A stretch of 64,000 nt of DNA, from the NCBI GenBank assembly GCA_963713825.1, contig CAVQNG010000001.1:1-64000 (forward strand), written 5' to 3'. The DNA is from an uncultured Acidobacteriota bacterium. GTDB taxonomy: Bacteria > Acidobacteriota > Thermoanaerobaculia > Multivoradales > JAHEKO01. The notes beneath the pieces are model-generated. The model made no database searches and had not been told where the DNA came from. It saw nothing but the letters and a program-made list of their open reading frames with translations. A program made the position numbers and the translations under genes. Shown here piece by piece: positions 1-9,820 of this stretch. Position 1 is the first letter of the stretch, and every line of letters begins with the position of its first letter.

Positions 1-459
1 CTCCGATCGAGAGCTGCACTGGACAAGCGCAAGCTATCGAAATCGGAACCTCCGCGATCCGAGCGGCCATGTAAGTGAGTCTTGCGAAGGGCCAGGCGTT
101 ACACGTGTGATCCGGTCGCCAGTATTCGGACTCACGTCATCCTGATGGTGGCCACCGGCCTCATGGTCGTGATGGTCACGCTGATCATCCTGATGGTGGT
201 GCTGGTCCTGGTGGGGCTGTTGCCCCTGACAGTCGTGGTCATCGTCAGGGTGAGTCTGGTGAGCCTGGTCTAGCGTTGGGTGGCGAGCTGTCCCCTCATC
301 ACGCTGATTGTGTTTGTCTTGCTCATGACTACTGGTCTTGTCATCAGTCTGTTGACCTGCCGCTCTCCTCCCCGCAGTCCCAATTTGGGTCTCGGCCGAG
401 GCGGCAGTTTACCCTCCTACTCATGCGCCCACTTCACCCTTGTGGGGAAGCATCGGCGA

Positions 460-1443
460 TCAACGGCGGTTCTGATCGCGCTCCTCTGAATGCTCGCGGG
501 CATTCCTCGCCTTCCAGCGAAGTGCCGGATGATGGCGTACCCTGTCGGCTAGATCTGAGTTGGCTGGGAAGATCAGTTCCGGCTTGAGCTCGCCCGTCTG
601 CAGTCGCTCGCAGAACTCCCTTTCTGGCTCGGTGAGGCTCAGCAGAGGCTCGAGGACCGCCCAAGAGGCCTCTCGGAGCTCGTTAGCCCCGGGGCGATCA
701 TTGGGGAGAAGCATTGGGTGGAGGAGTCGAGTCACGTCCTCATCGCGAATCCTGTCGAGCCTCTTCTGGTCGTATTCGTAAAGCGGTCTCGGAAGGGTGC
801 CCGCAAGGGCGATGAAGACGGATTGCATGTACGCCGGTGGCCAAGCCTCGGATGACAAGCTCGGCAGACGCGCGACGTCCCAAGCGTCTCGAGTGGCGGC
901 TCGGTCGAGCAGTGCAACCAGTTTGCCGGCGGCGATCTCCGGCCAGGACAGAAGAGCGACCTGAGGGCCTGGTTCGTCGCCGCCACGCCAGATACGTCCG
1001 CGTTGGGCCGGCAGTAGGCAGACCCGGTGGAGGTAGTTGACATCCACCTCCAGTCGGTCAGCCAAAGCGTCGCTGAGCCTCCGATACGACAGGTAGTGCT
1101 TTCGACTCGCATGCGACTCAGCCGACCGTTGCACCGCATAGCCTTGGCTGCGCCCGATCGCCTCAACCGCCTGCTCTACAAGCGGACGGTTCTCCAGCAT
1201 CTGCTGGCGATCGGCTGCACCAATGAAGTTGAAGTCCAGATCGACCGACAGGCGATGGGGTGCGCCGAAACAGAGGTTGAGCGCTGTGCCTCCCTTGAGG
1301 ACGAGGCAATCCCCAAGCAAGGGATGCCGGTCGATCTCTGACAGCAACTCGGCCAGGCGGATGACCTTTTCGAGGGTGTCGACCCGGTAGCCTGTCCTCT
1401 CCGCCAGCCGCAGGAGCGCTCTAGCGGTTGGCAGCATGGTCAT
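460..1443 (-). CDS. AbiEii/AbiGii-family nucleotidyltransferase toxin (type IV TA)
   Basis: Motifs LVLKGGTALN, RLSVDLDF, EIAAGKLVAL and RDAWD; overlaps the 3' end of an upstream AbiEi-like gene. Confidence 0.88.
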   Translation of the reverse strand: MTMLPTARALLRLAERTGYRVDTLEKVIRLAELLSEIDRHPLLGDCLVLKGGTALNLCFGAPHRLSVDLDFNFIGAADRQQMLENRPLVEQAVEAIGRSQGYAVQRSAESHASRKHYLSYRRLSDALADRLEVDVNYLHRVCLLPAQRGRIWRGGDEPGPQVALLSWPEIAAGKLVALLDRAATRDAWDVARLPSLSSEAWPPAYMQSVFIALAGTLPRPLYEYDQKRLDRIRDEDVTRLLHPMLLPNDRPGANELREASWAVLEPLLSLTEPEREFCERLQTGELKPELIFPANSDLADRVRHHPALRWKARNAREHSEERDQNRR

Positions 1444-2232
1444 CGGCGGCAGTCAGCAGTGTCTCCGGCACGATCAGCTTCCAGCCTGAGACGAGCCGGC
1501 CTCCGCGAAGCCCGCGAACGAGGTACTGGTTTTGCCTCAAGCCCCACTTGTGGCACATGTCGAGGAATGGCTGAGGGGTCGACCACTGTTCCCGGTTGCG
1601 CTCGGTTAGCCAGCCCACGGCTGCCCAGAGCGTCCGCTCGTCGTAAGCCTCAAGGACCTGGCGAAGGCTGTCAAAGTCCATTATGGAGAAACCGATTATT
1701 GATTCGAGGAGCTCCTCCAGTCCTCCGACGCGATGCGGCCGTCTGAATCCCTCGACGAGAGTGCGCTCCGGGCCAGTCGTGACGAGGTGCTGTACCTGAT
1801 TGGCGACCGATCGAGTTCCGATCATCTGGAGTTCTCCACGCGCCAACGGCTTCGGAGTGGCCAGGAAGAGTATTCGGGTGGGGCCGACTTCTATGGGCTC
1901 TCGGCGCCGGTCGCAGTGGAGAGTGCATTCGTGCCACACGGAGTGAGCCGCACCCAGGAGCTCGAGGGCGCTATGGTAGGCGAAGATCCCATTCGGACGA
2001 GCTGCCTGAGCCACCAGGAAGGCATCGGGTAGATATTCTGAGCGTCGAGCCCCGGTGGAACCAACGCATAGACGCCCCGCGCAACGGCCTTGATCCGCCC
2101 TGTGGCCAGGTGGTGCTTGAGCTGATTGCGCGCGGAACCCTGGTTTCTCTCGTCTCCGCGGACGGCGGCCAGTTGTTCCAGAGAGAAGACGGGATGGTCG
2201 GCGAGGAAGACGTCGAAGTCGAAGGAATGCAT
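1421..2232 (-). pseudogene. AbiEi-family antitoxin, frameshifted near 2036 (possible sequencing error)
   Basis: N-terminal wHTH (MHSFDFDVFLADHPVFSLEQL...GRIKAVARGVYALVP) is in one frame; the C-terminal AbiEi domain (AYHSALELLG...VTTGPERTLVE) is in another; adding one base at CAG-AA-TAT joins them. Confidence 0.8.
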
Positions 2233-2702
2233 TAGGGCTCGGTTCCCAGGTCGGTTTGTGGGAGTGGTTATCACTTTGCAGACTTCCGGGTAGGAAATTT
2301 ACCCGCAATCAGACAAAACGTCAACTGTTATGCTGCTCTTATGGTTGAGGCGGTCGATGCCAATCGGTTGCAGCGCCCGAAATAGCGGGTACGTTTCGCC
2401 GACTATTCGAAGCCCGCGCTAGACCCGCTACATCTGGTCCCAGAGGGGGGAGGAGGTCTCTGGAGGGTTAACGGGCGCGACCTGACCCCTTCAGAAAGGA
2501 GGGCGGCGCTCGGCTTGTGCGGATCGGGCCGGGTGCCTTGCATTAGGGTGCTACCTACCCGCTGGGGTGGTGCATGTAGAAAGGCGCGGATGTATCGTTG
2601 ATTGAGAAACCGCAAGGCAGAATTGTCGACCTTTCCAGCGGGGCAGAGGCGAAAGCCCGAGAGATTCCTTGTGCGTGGCGGCGAGCTACTGGAGGGAGCA
2701 GC

Positions 2703-3365
2703 ATGAGACCTGTGCAGTTTCGAGTCCTCATCGGCGTCTTGGGTTTCTGTGTACTTGGGACGCTGATTCTTGGCAACCAGAGCGGCGGGCAGCAGCCGTT
2801 CATCCCTGACGAAGCCTCCACGGGCTCCCTTGACACCGAGATAGTGAGGTGCCAGCTCAGCCCGAGCCCCGAGGTGGAGGTGCTTTACCTTGGTGGGTAC
2901 GGGGGGTCAAGCTTCTACGCGGCTCAATATCGCCTGTTCGGAGACGGTCGCCTTGTTCGGGAAATCGTGCCTCAGACGAAGCGCGTGAAGCCCATCCGGG
3001 TAGACGAAGTGGAGCTCGCTCAGGATGACCTGGATCTGATTGTCGAGACGATTGTCCGTGGCCGTCTCGCCGCTGCGACGCCCGAGAACCTTCAGGAATC
3101 ACTGGAAGGCCGGAGGCTCGCGAACGTTGAAGACGCCTCGAACATGGTATTGCGCGTTCAGTTTGCCGCTTGCGACTCCAACGCTGGACTACTGGAGCCC
3201 TTCTCCGCTGAAGTGAGTATTCCCGCACCAACGTTCCAGGCAAGGAGATTCCCAGAGGTCCCAGAATTCCAGGCTTTGCTCACGGTTTATTCCGCACTTG
3301 AAGCCTACTTCCCAGTGCCCGTAGCTGAGGCCCTTGGCGACGGGCAAAGTAGAAACAGCGAATGA
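2703..3365 (+). CDS. Exported hypothetical protein
   Basis: GGAGGGAG RBS before ATG 2703; hydrophobic N-terminal signal; ATGA overlap with the next gene. Confidence 0.6.
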   Translation: MRPVQFRVLIGVLGFCVLGTLILGNQSGGQQPFIPDEASTGSLDTEIVRCQLSPSPEVEVLYLGGYGGSSFYAAQYRLFGDGRLVREIVPQTKRVKPIRVDEVELAQDDLDLIVETIVRGRLAAATPENLQESLEGRRLANVEDASNMVLRVQFAACDSNAGLLEPFSAEVSIPAPTFQARRFPEVPEFQALLTVYSALEAYFPVPVAEALGDGQSRNSE

Positions 3366-4576
3366 CCAAAGCACTGCACTATGCTGTCGCTGCGACGTTG
3401 CTGGCGGTCACGATTGACCCTGCTATCGCAGGCTCCTATCTCGACGTCGTAGACTGCAAAGGCGGTCTAGAGAGTGACCCCACGGTAGGGTGCTTCCCCG
3501 GCGTCCCAGCTGTGCAGCACCCGAGTTGTGCGCCCGACTGCGAGATCACTCCTAACGGAATCACCCACCCAATCTCGTACACTGGAATACAGACGAGTCT
3601 GCCGGTTCGAATCTGCGTAGACGCCACCCACCCAGATCTGGTGCCGATAGTCGATGCCGCGATAGACAAATGGGAGGGGTTGGCTCCAATGATCGACAAC
3701 TGCCGAGACTGTGGCACGTGGGAGCACGGCCCGGCGGCGTCAGGAAAACCCTTTGCATTTACGGTAGTGCTGCATGAGCTAGGTCACTGTGCCCTCGCGC
3801 TTGAACATGTCGATCGAGTCGCGCTTGACAGCACAGGAACGGCATACGTGCCGTCAAGCTTCACTAGATCCGTAAAGGCAGCTAGAGTGGTCGGCGCAAT
3901 AGACGACGGCCTTGACGATATTAGAGGTTCAGCCGATGACTACCATGCCGGAATACTAGGGCCCGCGGAATCGGTCTCGTGGTTTCGAAGCAGCGACAAT
4001 GATCCATTTATTGTCGACTCGACGGTAATCGACATTACCACCTACACAACCGCACGCGCTCGCCTTCCGGCGGGCGATACTTGGGGTGCGAGCGCCAACA
4101 TGTGCGTCTATAGTCCGTCCTTTTGCGACTCCAATCCGCCTCCGCATCGCAACGAGTCTCAAGCGGTCATGTACTCTGCCATCGGCGAGTGATCACTCTT
4201 CTTCGCCCTCGGAGCTGACGATGTGAACATGCTCAAAATGGCACGGACCGGGGTTGATCGGATAGCTAACACCTCGGATGACTACACAGTCGATCTCGTG
4301 AATGTGGGTAATTGTTCGAACACCCACGAGATCAAAGTAACGATGGCAGTCTTACCATTCGAGACCTTGGGTGCCTGTGGTGGAAAGGCCGTTGACTATT
4401 CGTTTGATCCCGGCGATCCTGATCAAGCGCGCCACTTCTCAGTAGTGTTCCAGGATCCTGGCGGGGAACTGATCGTCGAGTTGAACTCAACCAGAAACTG
4501 GGACTACGCGATACCCCTATTTGCGAATAGCTTCGAATCGGGCGACACCTCGGGTTGGTCTATGACCGTGCCCTAG
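3362..4576 (+). CDS. Secreted metzincin-like zinc metallopeptidase interrupted by one in-frame TGA (4190-4192)
   Basis: Signal peptide, VVLHELGHCALALEH zinc motif, Met-turn-like AVMYS; ORFs 3362-4192 and 4223-4576 are in the same frame; C-terminal LFANSFESGDTSGWS tail. Confidence 0.65.
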
Positions 4577-4759
4577 CTCTACGAGAGTTTCCAGGATAGT
4601 TGATCGCGCTGACCCCTACCGATCTACAGCATGAGGGCGCTTCACCCCTTTCTGATGCGGTCGATCTGCGAGCTTCGAGCCCTTGTCGGCCCTGGGCAGG
4701 GATGCCTCGGCAATTCAGCCAGCAGATGAGAATCTCGATTCGAAGACTCTGTGAGGCCG

Positions 4760-4959
4760 TCACTGACCCGCAGTGCCCGTCAAGAGATTCTCGACCGTCA
4801 GGAGTAGGTCCGGCAAGTCCTGTCGAATGAGGTGCCAAACGATCTCGTGGTCGATCGTGTCGTATCCGTGCGCCAGGATGTTCCGGAAAGCGACGATACG
4901 AGGTATCTCGCCGCCGCGTCTCGAATGTCTTCCAGGTACTTGGGCGAATCAGGCTGCAT
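4760..4959 (-). pseudogene. HepT/DUF86 HEPN RNase toxin remnant with internal deletion and frameshift
   Basis: Starts MQPDSPKYLEDIRDAAA, overlapping the MNT stop, then jumps frame into IPRIVAFRNILAHGYDTIDHEIVW (RNxxxHxY HEPN motif); only about 65 codons in total. Confidence 0.8.
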
Positions 4960-5254
4960 AGAGGAGTTGCCGCGTCTTCTCGACGGAGTCGACGAAATAC
5001 GGGTTGCGAAGGCTACGCCGCGTCAGAAGATCCACTTTGCGACCGAAGAGCTCTTCGAGTGCCTCGAGCAGACCGAAGTACTGATCGGCGAGGCTCATCG
5101 ATTCAGTGGGTCGGAAGTCCACGAGAAAGTCCAGATCGCTATCGTCGCGTAGCTTCCCAGTCGCTGCCGAGCCAAAGACTTCGAGGCTCCTGACCTGGTA
5201 TTGGAGGCAGAGGTCAGCCAGTGCATCGCGCTTTGCTTCGATCGACGGGATCAT
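4949..5254 (-). CDS. MNT minimal nucleotidyltransferase antitoxin (MntA-like)
   Basis: VFGSAATG...SDLDFLVDF...LEELFGRKVDL, 101 aa. Confidence 0.9.
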   Translation of the reverse strand: MIPSIEAKRDALADLCLQYQVRSLEVFGSAATGKLRDDSDLDFLVDFRPTESMSLADQYFGLLEALEELFGRKVDLLTRRSLRNPYFVDSVEKTRQLLYAA

Positions 5255-5278
5255 GATGAGGACCTCTCCTGGCCAATT

Positions 5279-6223
5279 CTAACCCGGAGTGGAATCGACC
5301 AAGGCCGATGTCGGTGGGATCCGGCCTGGCCGCAGAGCTGTGGAAGCAACTCTGTGAGCGGATTGTCTCGAGCGCTGGACGTGGGGCGGTGAAGGGCGGA
5401 GGTGCAGTCCGGTTTCAGTCTGGCTGACTCGGACAGCCGGATAGACTCGAATGACTCCCTCGAGTTGAGTGACAGCATTGCTTCGGAAGTCCCGCAGGCG
5501 GGCATAGGCGGATCCGAACTGCGCCTCTAGGCTCTTCCACGGAACCACAGTCGGTTTTCGCAGATAGCTCATCCTGTAGGTGAGCCAGACGTAAAGGTCG
5601 ATAGCGAGGGGCGATCTTTGAAGCTGACTGAATCGCTCGGAGATCGACGGGGACCGCGGAGCGCGTGATCTCTTCGAAGAAGCTCATGGGTCAATACGAT
5701 CTGCGAACGCCAGCTTGGTGGTCGTCGGGAACAGCTTTCGCGAATGGCTTCAGCCACGCAGGACCACCCGCAGTCACGAAGGCGGATCCAGAGGATCGTT
5801 GGAGCGAGGCCTACGGAGGTCTGCCAACTAAGCCGCATTGATAGGAGTCGGCGAAGCTGCTCATGAAGCCGCTGCGCGGTGCCTCGCGGTCCGCTGATGG
5901 TCGACAGTCCCAGCTTGCGAGCCAGGTCGTTGGGCGTTGCGCCGAGATGGATCCTCGGGTTCTTGGTCCGGACCGCTTCAGTCGTCAGCCAGGAGAGCAG
6001 AAGACGGGGATAGGAGCCGTAGGGTAGACCAATGCGTCCGAGGCGCGCTCAGTCGAAGGCGAATGACGACCATTGACCCGCTCGAACCGATGGCTCTCAG
6101 GCCGGCGATGGGGGAGGGTGGTGAGGACCAGGATCCGCGGCATGAAGCCGAGAGCACCGGCCGACAGGGCGTCTACGGACTCGACAGAGAAGAGGTCCTC
6201 TGCGAGGGCTCATGGGCAGCCAT
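5279..6223 (-). pseudogene. RepA-family plasmid replication initiator (RepA_C-like), multiply frameshifted; copy 1
   Basis: Fragments GFMPRILVLTTLPH, ITRSAVPVDLRAI and MSYLRKPTVVPWKSLEAQFGSAYARLRDFR match the intact copy at 35308-36165. Confidence 0.8.
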
Positions 6224-6225
6224 CA

Positions 6226-6599
6226 AGGACAGCACCTGACAACAGAGAGGTAACAATTTTGGTAACAATGAAGTACAACTGAAGGCCGTAATCGGCAGCA
6301 GACGACATTTACGCCTGTCGGCGTAAGTCGCTTGTTTTGTTGTGGTTGCGTGCTGTCGTCTGTTGTGGTTTGCGAGTTTTCAAAGGACTTAAAATCCTTC
6401 CTCCGCAAGGAGATGCGGGTTCGAATCCCGCCTCCGGCACCATCATAAACCTCTCAATTTAAGACACTTACGAGACTTGCGGAGTCTGAGGCAAGGTCGG
6501 TCGGGGCGTCGTTAGGGGCGAGAGGTAACAATTTTGGTAACAATGAACTACGACAGACGCCCGTAGTCGACAGCAGTTGGAGATTACGCCTGACGCCGT
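6226..6599 (+). mobile_element. att junction 1 (attP-like): left arm, tRNA-Leu 3' half, right arm
   Basis: GGTAACAATTTTGGTAACA at 6249-6267 and 6524-6542 flanks the tRNA fragment; the left arm is nearly identical to junctions 2 and 3. Confidence 0.82.
6385..6442 (+). pseudogene. 3' half of tRNA-Leu(TAA) (att core, not a complete tRNA)
   Basis: GGA-CTTAAAA-TCC anticodon arm, long variable arm CTCC-GCAA-GGAG, T-arm GCGGGTTCGAATCCCGC, ends GGCACCA; no D-arm or 5' acceptor strand upstream. Confidence 0.9.
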
Positions 6600-6619
6600 C
6601 TGGATGGCGCTCCTCAAAC

Positions 6620-7501
6620 TCACTCTGGAACCCTGCCGCGCTGCCGCGCTTCATCGAGGGCCGGCTCGATGAACTCGGCCAAGCGCTGAACTACCTCCTT
6701 GAGCTGAATCCCTTCGCCAAGGCCGCTATTCTTGAGAAAGGCACTCCACTCGGAGTCCTTGCTGCTCCAGAACTCCTGCTGGAAAGCGATCGGTAGGCCA
6801 TCGGGGAGGGGCGTCTTGCGCCGCTCGAAAGTCGCGGCGATCGCACTAGCCAACTGTGCACGATCGAAATCGAACTCCTTCGCGAGCATCCAAAGATCGT
6901 AAAAGTCCTTCATTCGAGTATTCGCGATGCCCAGAACGACCATCGCCTGGAACTTCTCGGCCACAACAGTCTCGGGAGGGTAGGCACGGAGCCTCGGAGC
7001 CGGAAGATCGAGGAGAGTCGGAAATGTGATCTCTGTGGGCTCGGGAGTCACGGCATCTCCGAACCCGATATCGACCTGGAGGGGAATACGGGTGGTGTGC
7101 ATCCGGCCCTCGAGGCGTACTCTGACACCCATGTACTCGCTGGGTTCCCGTATCTTGTGCACGCGGATACTCTCGGGTGGGAACTCGAGTCCGTCGGGCT
7201 CTACGTCGATCCGGCACACGTCGTCGAACAGTTCTCTAATGTGATCGGGGTTGCTGTCGCCACTACCTGCGAGGTCAAGGTCACGGGATGGGCGGTAGAC
7301 CTCTTCACTCCACACCGAGAACAGCATCGCTCCCTTAAGGAGGAATCGGTCGGCGTGGCGAGAACGGCTCAGCCGGTAGAGGAGGCGTTCGAGGCCGAAT
7401 CTGGTCAGCGTGAGCTGGAAGTCCTCGTCTCTGGCGCGAGCGAGGTTGAGCAGCCTCTGGCGGATGGATGCCGAGAGGTTCTTCACGCGGCGTCCGCTCA
7501 T
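6620..7501 (-). CDS. AbiEii-family nucleotidyltransferase toxin (type IV TA)
   Basis: LERLLYRL, FLLKGAML, RPSRDLDL, VDIGFGD, ETVVAEKF, NTRMKDFYD. Confidence 0.93.
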   Translation of the reverse strand: MSGRRVKNLSASIRQRLLNLARARDEDFQLTLTRFGLERLLYRLSRSRHADRFLLKGAMLFSVWSEEVYRPSRDLDLAGSGDSNPDHIRELFDDVCRIDVEPDGLEFPPESIRVHKIREPSEYMGVRVRLEGRMHTTRIPLQVDIGFGDAVTPEPTEITFPTLLDLPAPRLRAYPPETVVAEKFQAMVVLGIANTRMKDFYDLWMLAKEFDFDRAQLASAIAATFERRKTPLPDGLPIAFQQEFWSSKDSEWSAFLKNSGLGEGIQLKEVVQRLAEFIEPALDEARQRGRVPE

Positions 7502-8100
7502 GTCAGCGACTCCAGATAGGGGCGCATGACGTTGGCGACGCGGCAGACCTTGGCGTAGTGCCAGAGGTCATCCATCGAGCACTTACGCTCCCGCCAGCAG
7601 TCGCGAACCGCTTCGAGGGCCACGTCCAGGCCGATCTTGTTCCGGTACTTAAAGCAGTCCGCGACGGTCTTGGCAGGGCAGTAGATCCGGACGGCAGTTC
7701 CCTCGATCCGATGCTGTTCGACACCCTCCGTGAGAGCGTCTCCCGAGAACTTCACAACTCGCAGCGGCGGGCCGCCAGAAACGGGTTTCCAAGCTCGTCG
7801 ATCCACTGCCAGCCAAACCTCACGTGGGAGCTGCGTCGTTAGTTGATGGAACTGCAGGGCTGAAAGCAGACAGACCACGCCGTGGGGGACGAGGCGTGCG
7901 GCTTCCACCAGCGAGCGGTGTGCGCTGGGCTCGGCGTTGGGCAGCGTGTACAGCCCGCGGCCAACGCGCACCACAACGCCGTTCATTGTCAGTCTTCGCA
8001 GATACTCTCGTGAGACGCCAATCCGCTCGATGTCACGCGATCGGACAACCCCTCGTTGCCGGACGAACTCGACGACCTGCTCTACCTTGGTTGTGGCCAT
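7498..8100 (-). CDS. AbiEi-family antitoxin / transcriptional regulator
   Basis: RVGRGLY wHTH, GVVCLLSALQFH, YCPAKTVADCFKYRNKIGLDVALEA, VMRPYLE; coupled to abiEii. Confidence 0.93.
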   Translation of the reverse strand: MATTKVEQVVEFVRQRGVVRSRDIERIGVSREYLRRLTMNGVVVRVGRGLYTLPNAEPSAHRSLVEAARLVPHGVVCLLSALQFHQLTTQLPREVWLAVDRRAWKPVSGGPPLRVVKFSGDALTEGVEQHRIEGTAVRIYCPAKTVADCFKYRNKIGLDVALEAVRDCWRERKCSMDDLWHYAKVCRVANVMRPYLESLT

Positions 8101-8122
8101 GATCCCAAGCTCACGAGTTCTT

Positions 8123-8172
8123 AGTTGACAATACCTTGCCAAATTGTACTATGTGATTAGGTTTTGTCAACT
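8123..8172 (-). promoter_or_regulatory. sigma70 promoter of the AbiE operon with inverted-repeat operator
   Basis: Minus strand TTGACA(8170-8165)-16 nt-TACAAT(8148-8143); inverted repeat AGTTGACAATACCT (8123-8136) / AGGTTTTGTCAACT (8159-8172), 13 of 14 positions matching. Confidence 0.75.
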
Positions 8173-8239
8173 CGTTTCCGGAGTCAGATCCGGAAGTCGG
8201 ACTCGGCTCCACCAATTCCCTTCCCCTCTTACCTTTCCC

Positions 8240-9681
8240 TGTGCCTCCTCAATACTCGGCTGCCGATTGGGTCATCGCTGGAGGCTTGTTCTTGAGCGGA
8301 GGTCGGCCGCATCTCCGGCGCGAATACGTTCGCCAACGTTTTGAGGTGGTGAGCGATCCTCTCGTGCGGTGCAGCCGCGCTGGCGCTGGCCAAGGAAGGG
8401 CCCTCCTTCCTCGAGGCAGCCCGCGTAGGAGAATCCGAGCCGAGATCCGCGCGTTCAGGCGGCTTCGCGCCACTCGTACCGGTGGTGGAGTCCTCCGACA
8501 CGAGGCATCGCCACGACCTTGGCAGTCGGCGAGGGCTGTGGTGTCACGGGCCGGCCAGACGGAGTGTCCTTGCGGAGGCCGAGATGCGTCCGGTCGTCAT
8601 GGAAATAGTCGATGTAGGCCCGTGCCAGCCGCACGGCGTGGCGCTCGTTGAATAGGACAACGTGATCGAGGAGCTCACGGCGGCATCCGCCGATCCACCG
8701 TTCAGCCACAGGATTCTGCCAAGGGCTGCGATAGGAGATCCGGCGCGGCTCCGTGCCCATCGACTTGACGAACCCAACCACGGCCTTGCTGAAGATCGAG
8801 TCGCGGTCGAAGATGAGATGCCTCGGCGCAGTTTCGAAGGGGAAGGCTTCCCGCAGCTGCTGGATGACCCAGGCGGCGGTGGGGTTGAAGGTGGCGTTGA
8901 AGTGAAGGATTCGTCGATGCTCATGGTGGATGACGAACCAGCAGTACAGGACGCGCATCGAGGCGGTCGGGACCGTAAAGAAGTCCATGGCTGCGATGTG
9001 CTCCTTGTTGTTGCGCAGGAACGCCAGCCAGCGTTGGACGACATCGGGATTCGCAGGGCGTTGTGGCATGTACCGGGAGACGGTCGCCTCGGAGACGGTG
9101 AAGCCGAGCTTCTCCAGTTCACCGTGAATTCGCGGAGCTCCCCAATCGTTCTCGAGAGCCATTCTGTGGATCAACTCGCTGATCCTCCTGTCCACTCTCG
9201 GCCGCCCTGGGCCCCGCTGGTGTCGGGAGAGCTCAGTCCAGTAGCGTCGAAAACGCTCGCGATGCCACTTCACAACGGTCTCCGGCTTCACGATGACTAG
9301 GCGTTCGGCCCAGCCGCTCCACGCTCTCCTCATCGCCACCCAGAATGCGCGGTCGGCGTCATCGAGCTGCGGGCGAGGTCGCTTCTGCTTCAGCGCCTCG
9401 ACCTGCTGTTTCAAGGCGACGTTCTCGAGAACAACATCGGACTGCGCCCGAAGAGCCACTCGAAGCCCTCGGACAAGGAGAGTGATGAGCAGGAAGAGAA
9501 GTCTGGGCATGGCCGCGCAGGTTGACGGAATCCGTTGTCGGGCGCAATAGCCAGCCGCCAGGTCGGAATACTTGTGCCGCAAGGCGTTGAATCCCCGGGC
9601 GGATCCATTCTGAGGAGCGACAGGTCGAACCCCTGACCTCTTGAATGCCATTTCGTGTTACAGCTCGTGCGGTGAGGCACA
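8240..9681 (-). mobile_element. IS481/IS3-like insertion sequence
   Basis: TGT...ACA ends within the inverted repeat TCCCTGTGCCTC (8236-8247) / GAGGCACAGGGA (9674-9685), enclosing a DDE transposase; no clear target-site duplication. Confidence 0.6.
8455..9510 (-). CDS. DDE transposase (rve integrase core domain)
   Basis: WGAPRIHGEL, MDFFTV, LIFDRDSIF, SPWQNPVAER, GGLHHRY. Confidence 0.92.
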   Translation of the reverse strand: MPRLLFLLITLLVRGLRVALRAQSDVVLENVALKQQVEALKQKRPRPQLDDADRAFWVAMRRAWSGWAERLVIVKPETVVKWHRERFRRYWTELSRHQRGPGRPRVDRRISELIHRMALENDWGAPRIHGELEKLGFTVSEATVSRYMPQRPANPDVVQRWLAFLRNNKEHIAAMDFFTVPTASMRVLYCWFVIHHEHRRILHFNATFNPTAAWVIQQLREAFPFETAPRHLIFDRDSIFSKAVVGFVKSMGTEPRRISYRSPWQNPVAERWIGGCRRELLDHVVLFNERHAVRLARAYIDYFHDDRTHLGLRKDTPSGRPVTPQPSPTAKVVAMPRVGGLHHRYEWREAA

Positions 9682-9820
9682 GGGAGTTGGCTCGAGGTGG
9701 GAGGAGTCAGACGAAAACGGCAGTCTCTCGGATTCGCTTGTCCCGCTGAGTTCCTCTCAAACAGGCGAGTCTGGCTGAGTGGGTGAGCAGATGGTGAGCA
9801 GAGACTCGCGGGCACTAGGC

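Noticed and set aside
4190-4230. Selenocysteine codon with SECIS
   Set aside because: Only weak pairing downstream and no redox-motif context; kept only as a low-interest note.
6385-6442. Functional tRNA-Leu genes at the three junctions
   Set aside because: Upstream sequence cannot form a D-arm or pair with the acceptor strand; only the 3' half is present.
8455-9651. 'Integrase core' protein as the integrase of the tRNA array
   Set aside because: It is a DDE (rve) transposase with its own terminal inverted repeats, not a tyrosine or serine recombinase, and it occurs in only one unit.
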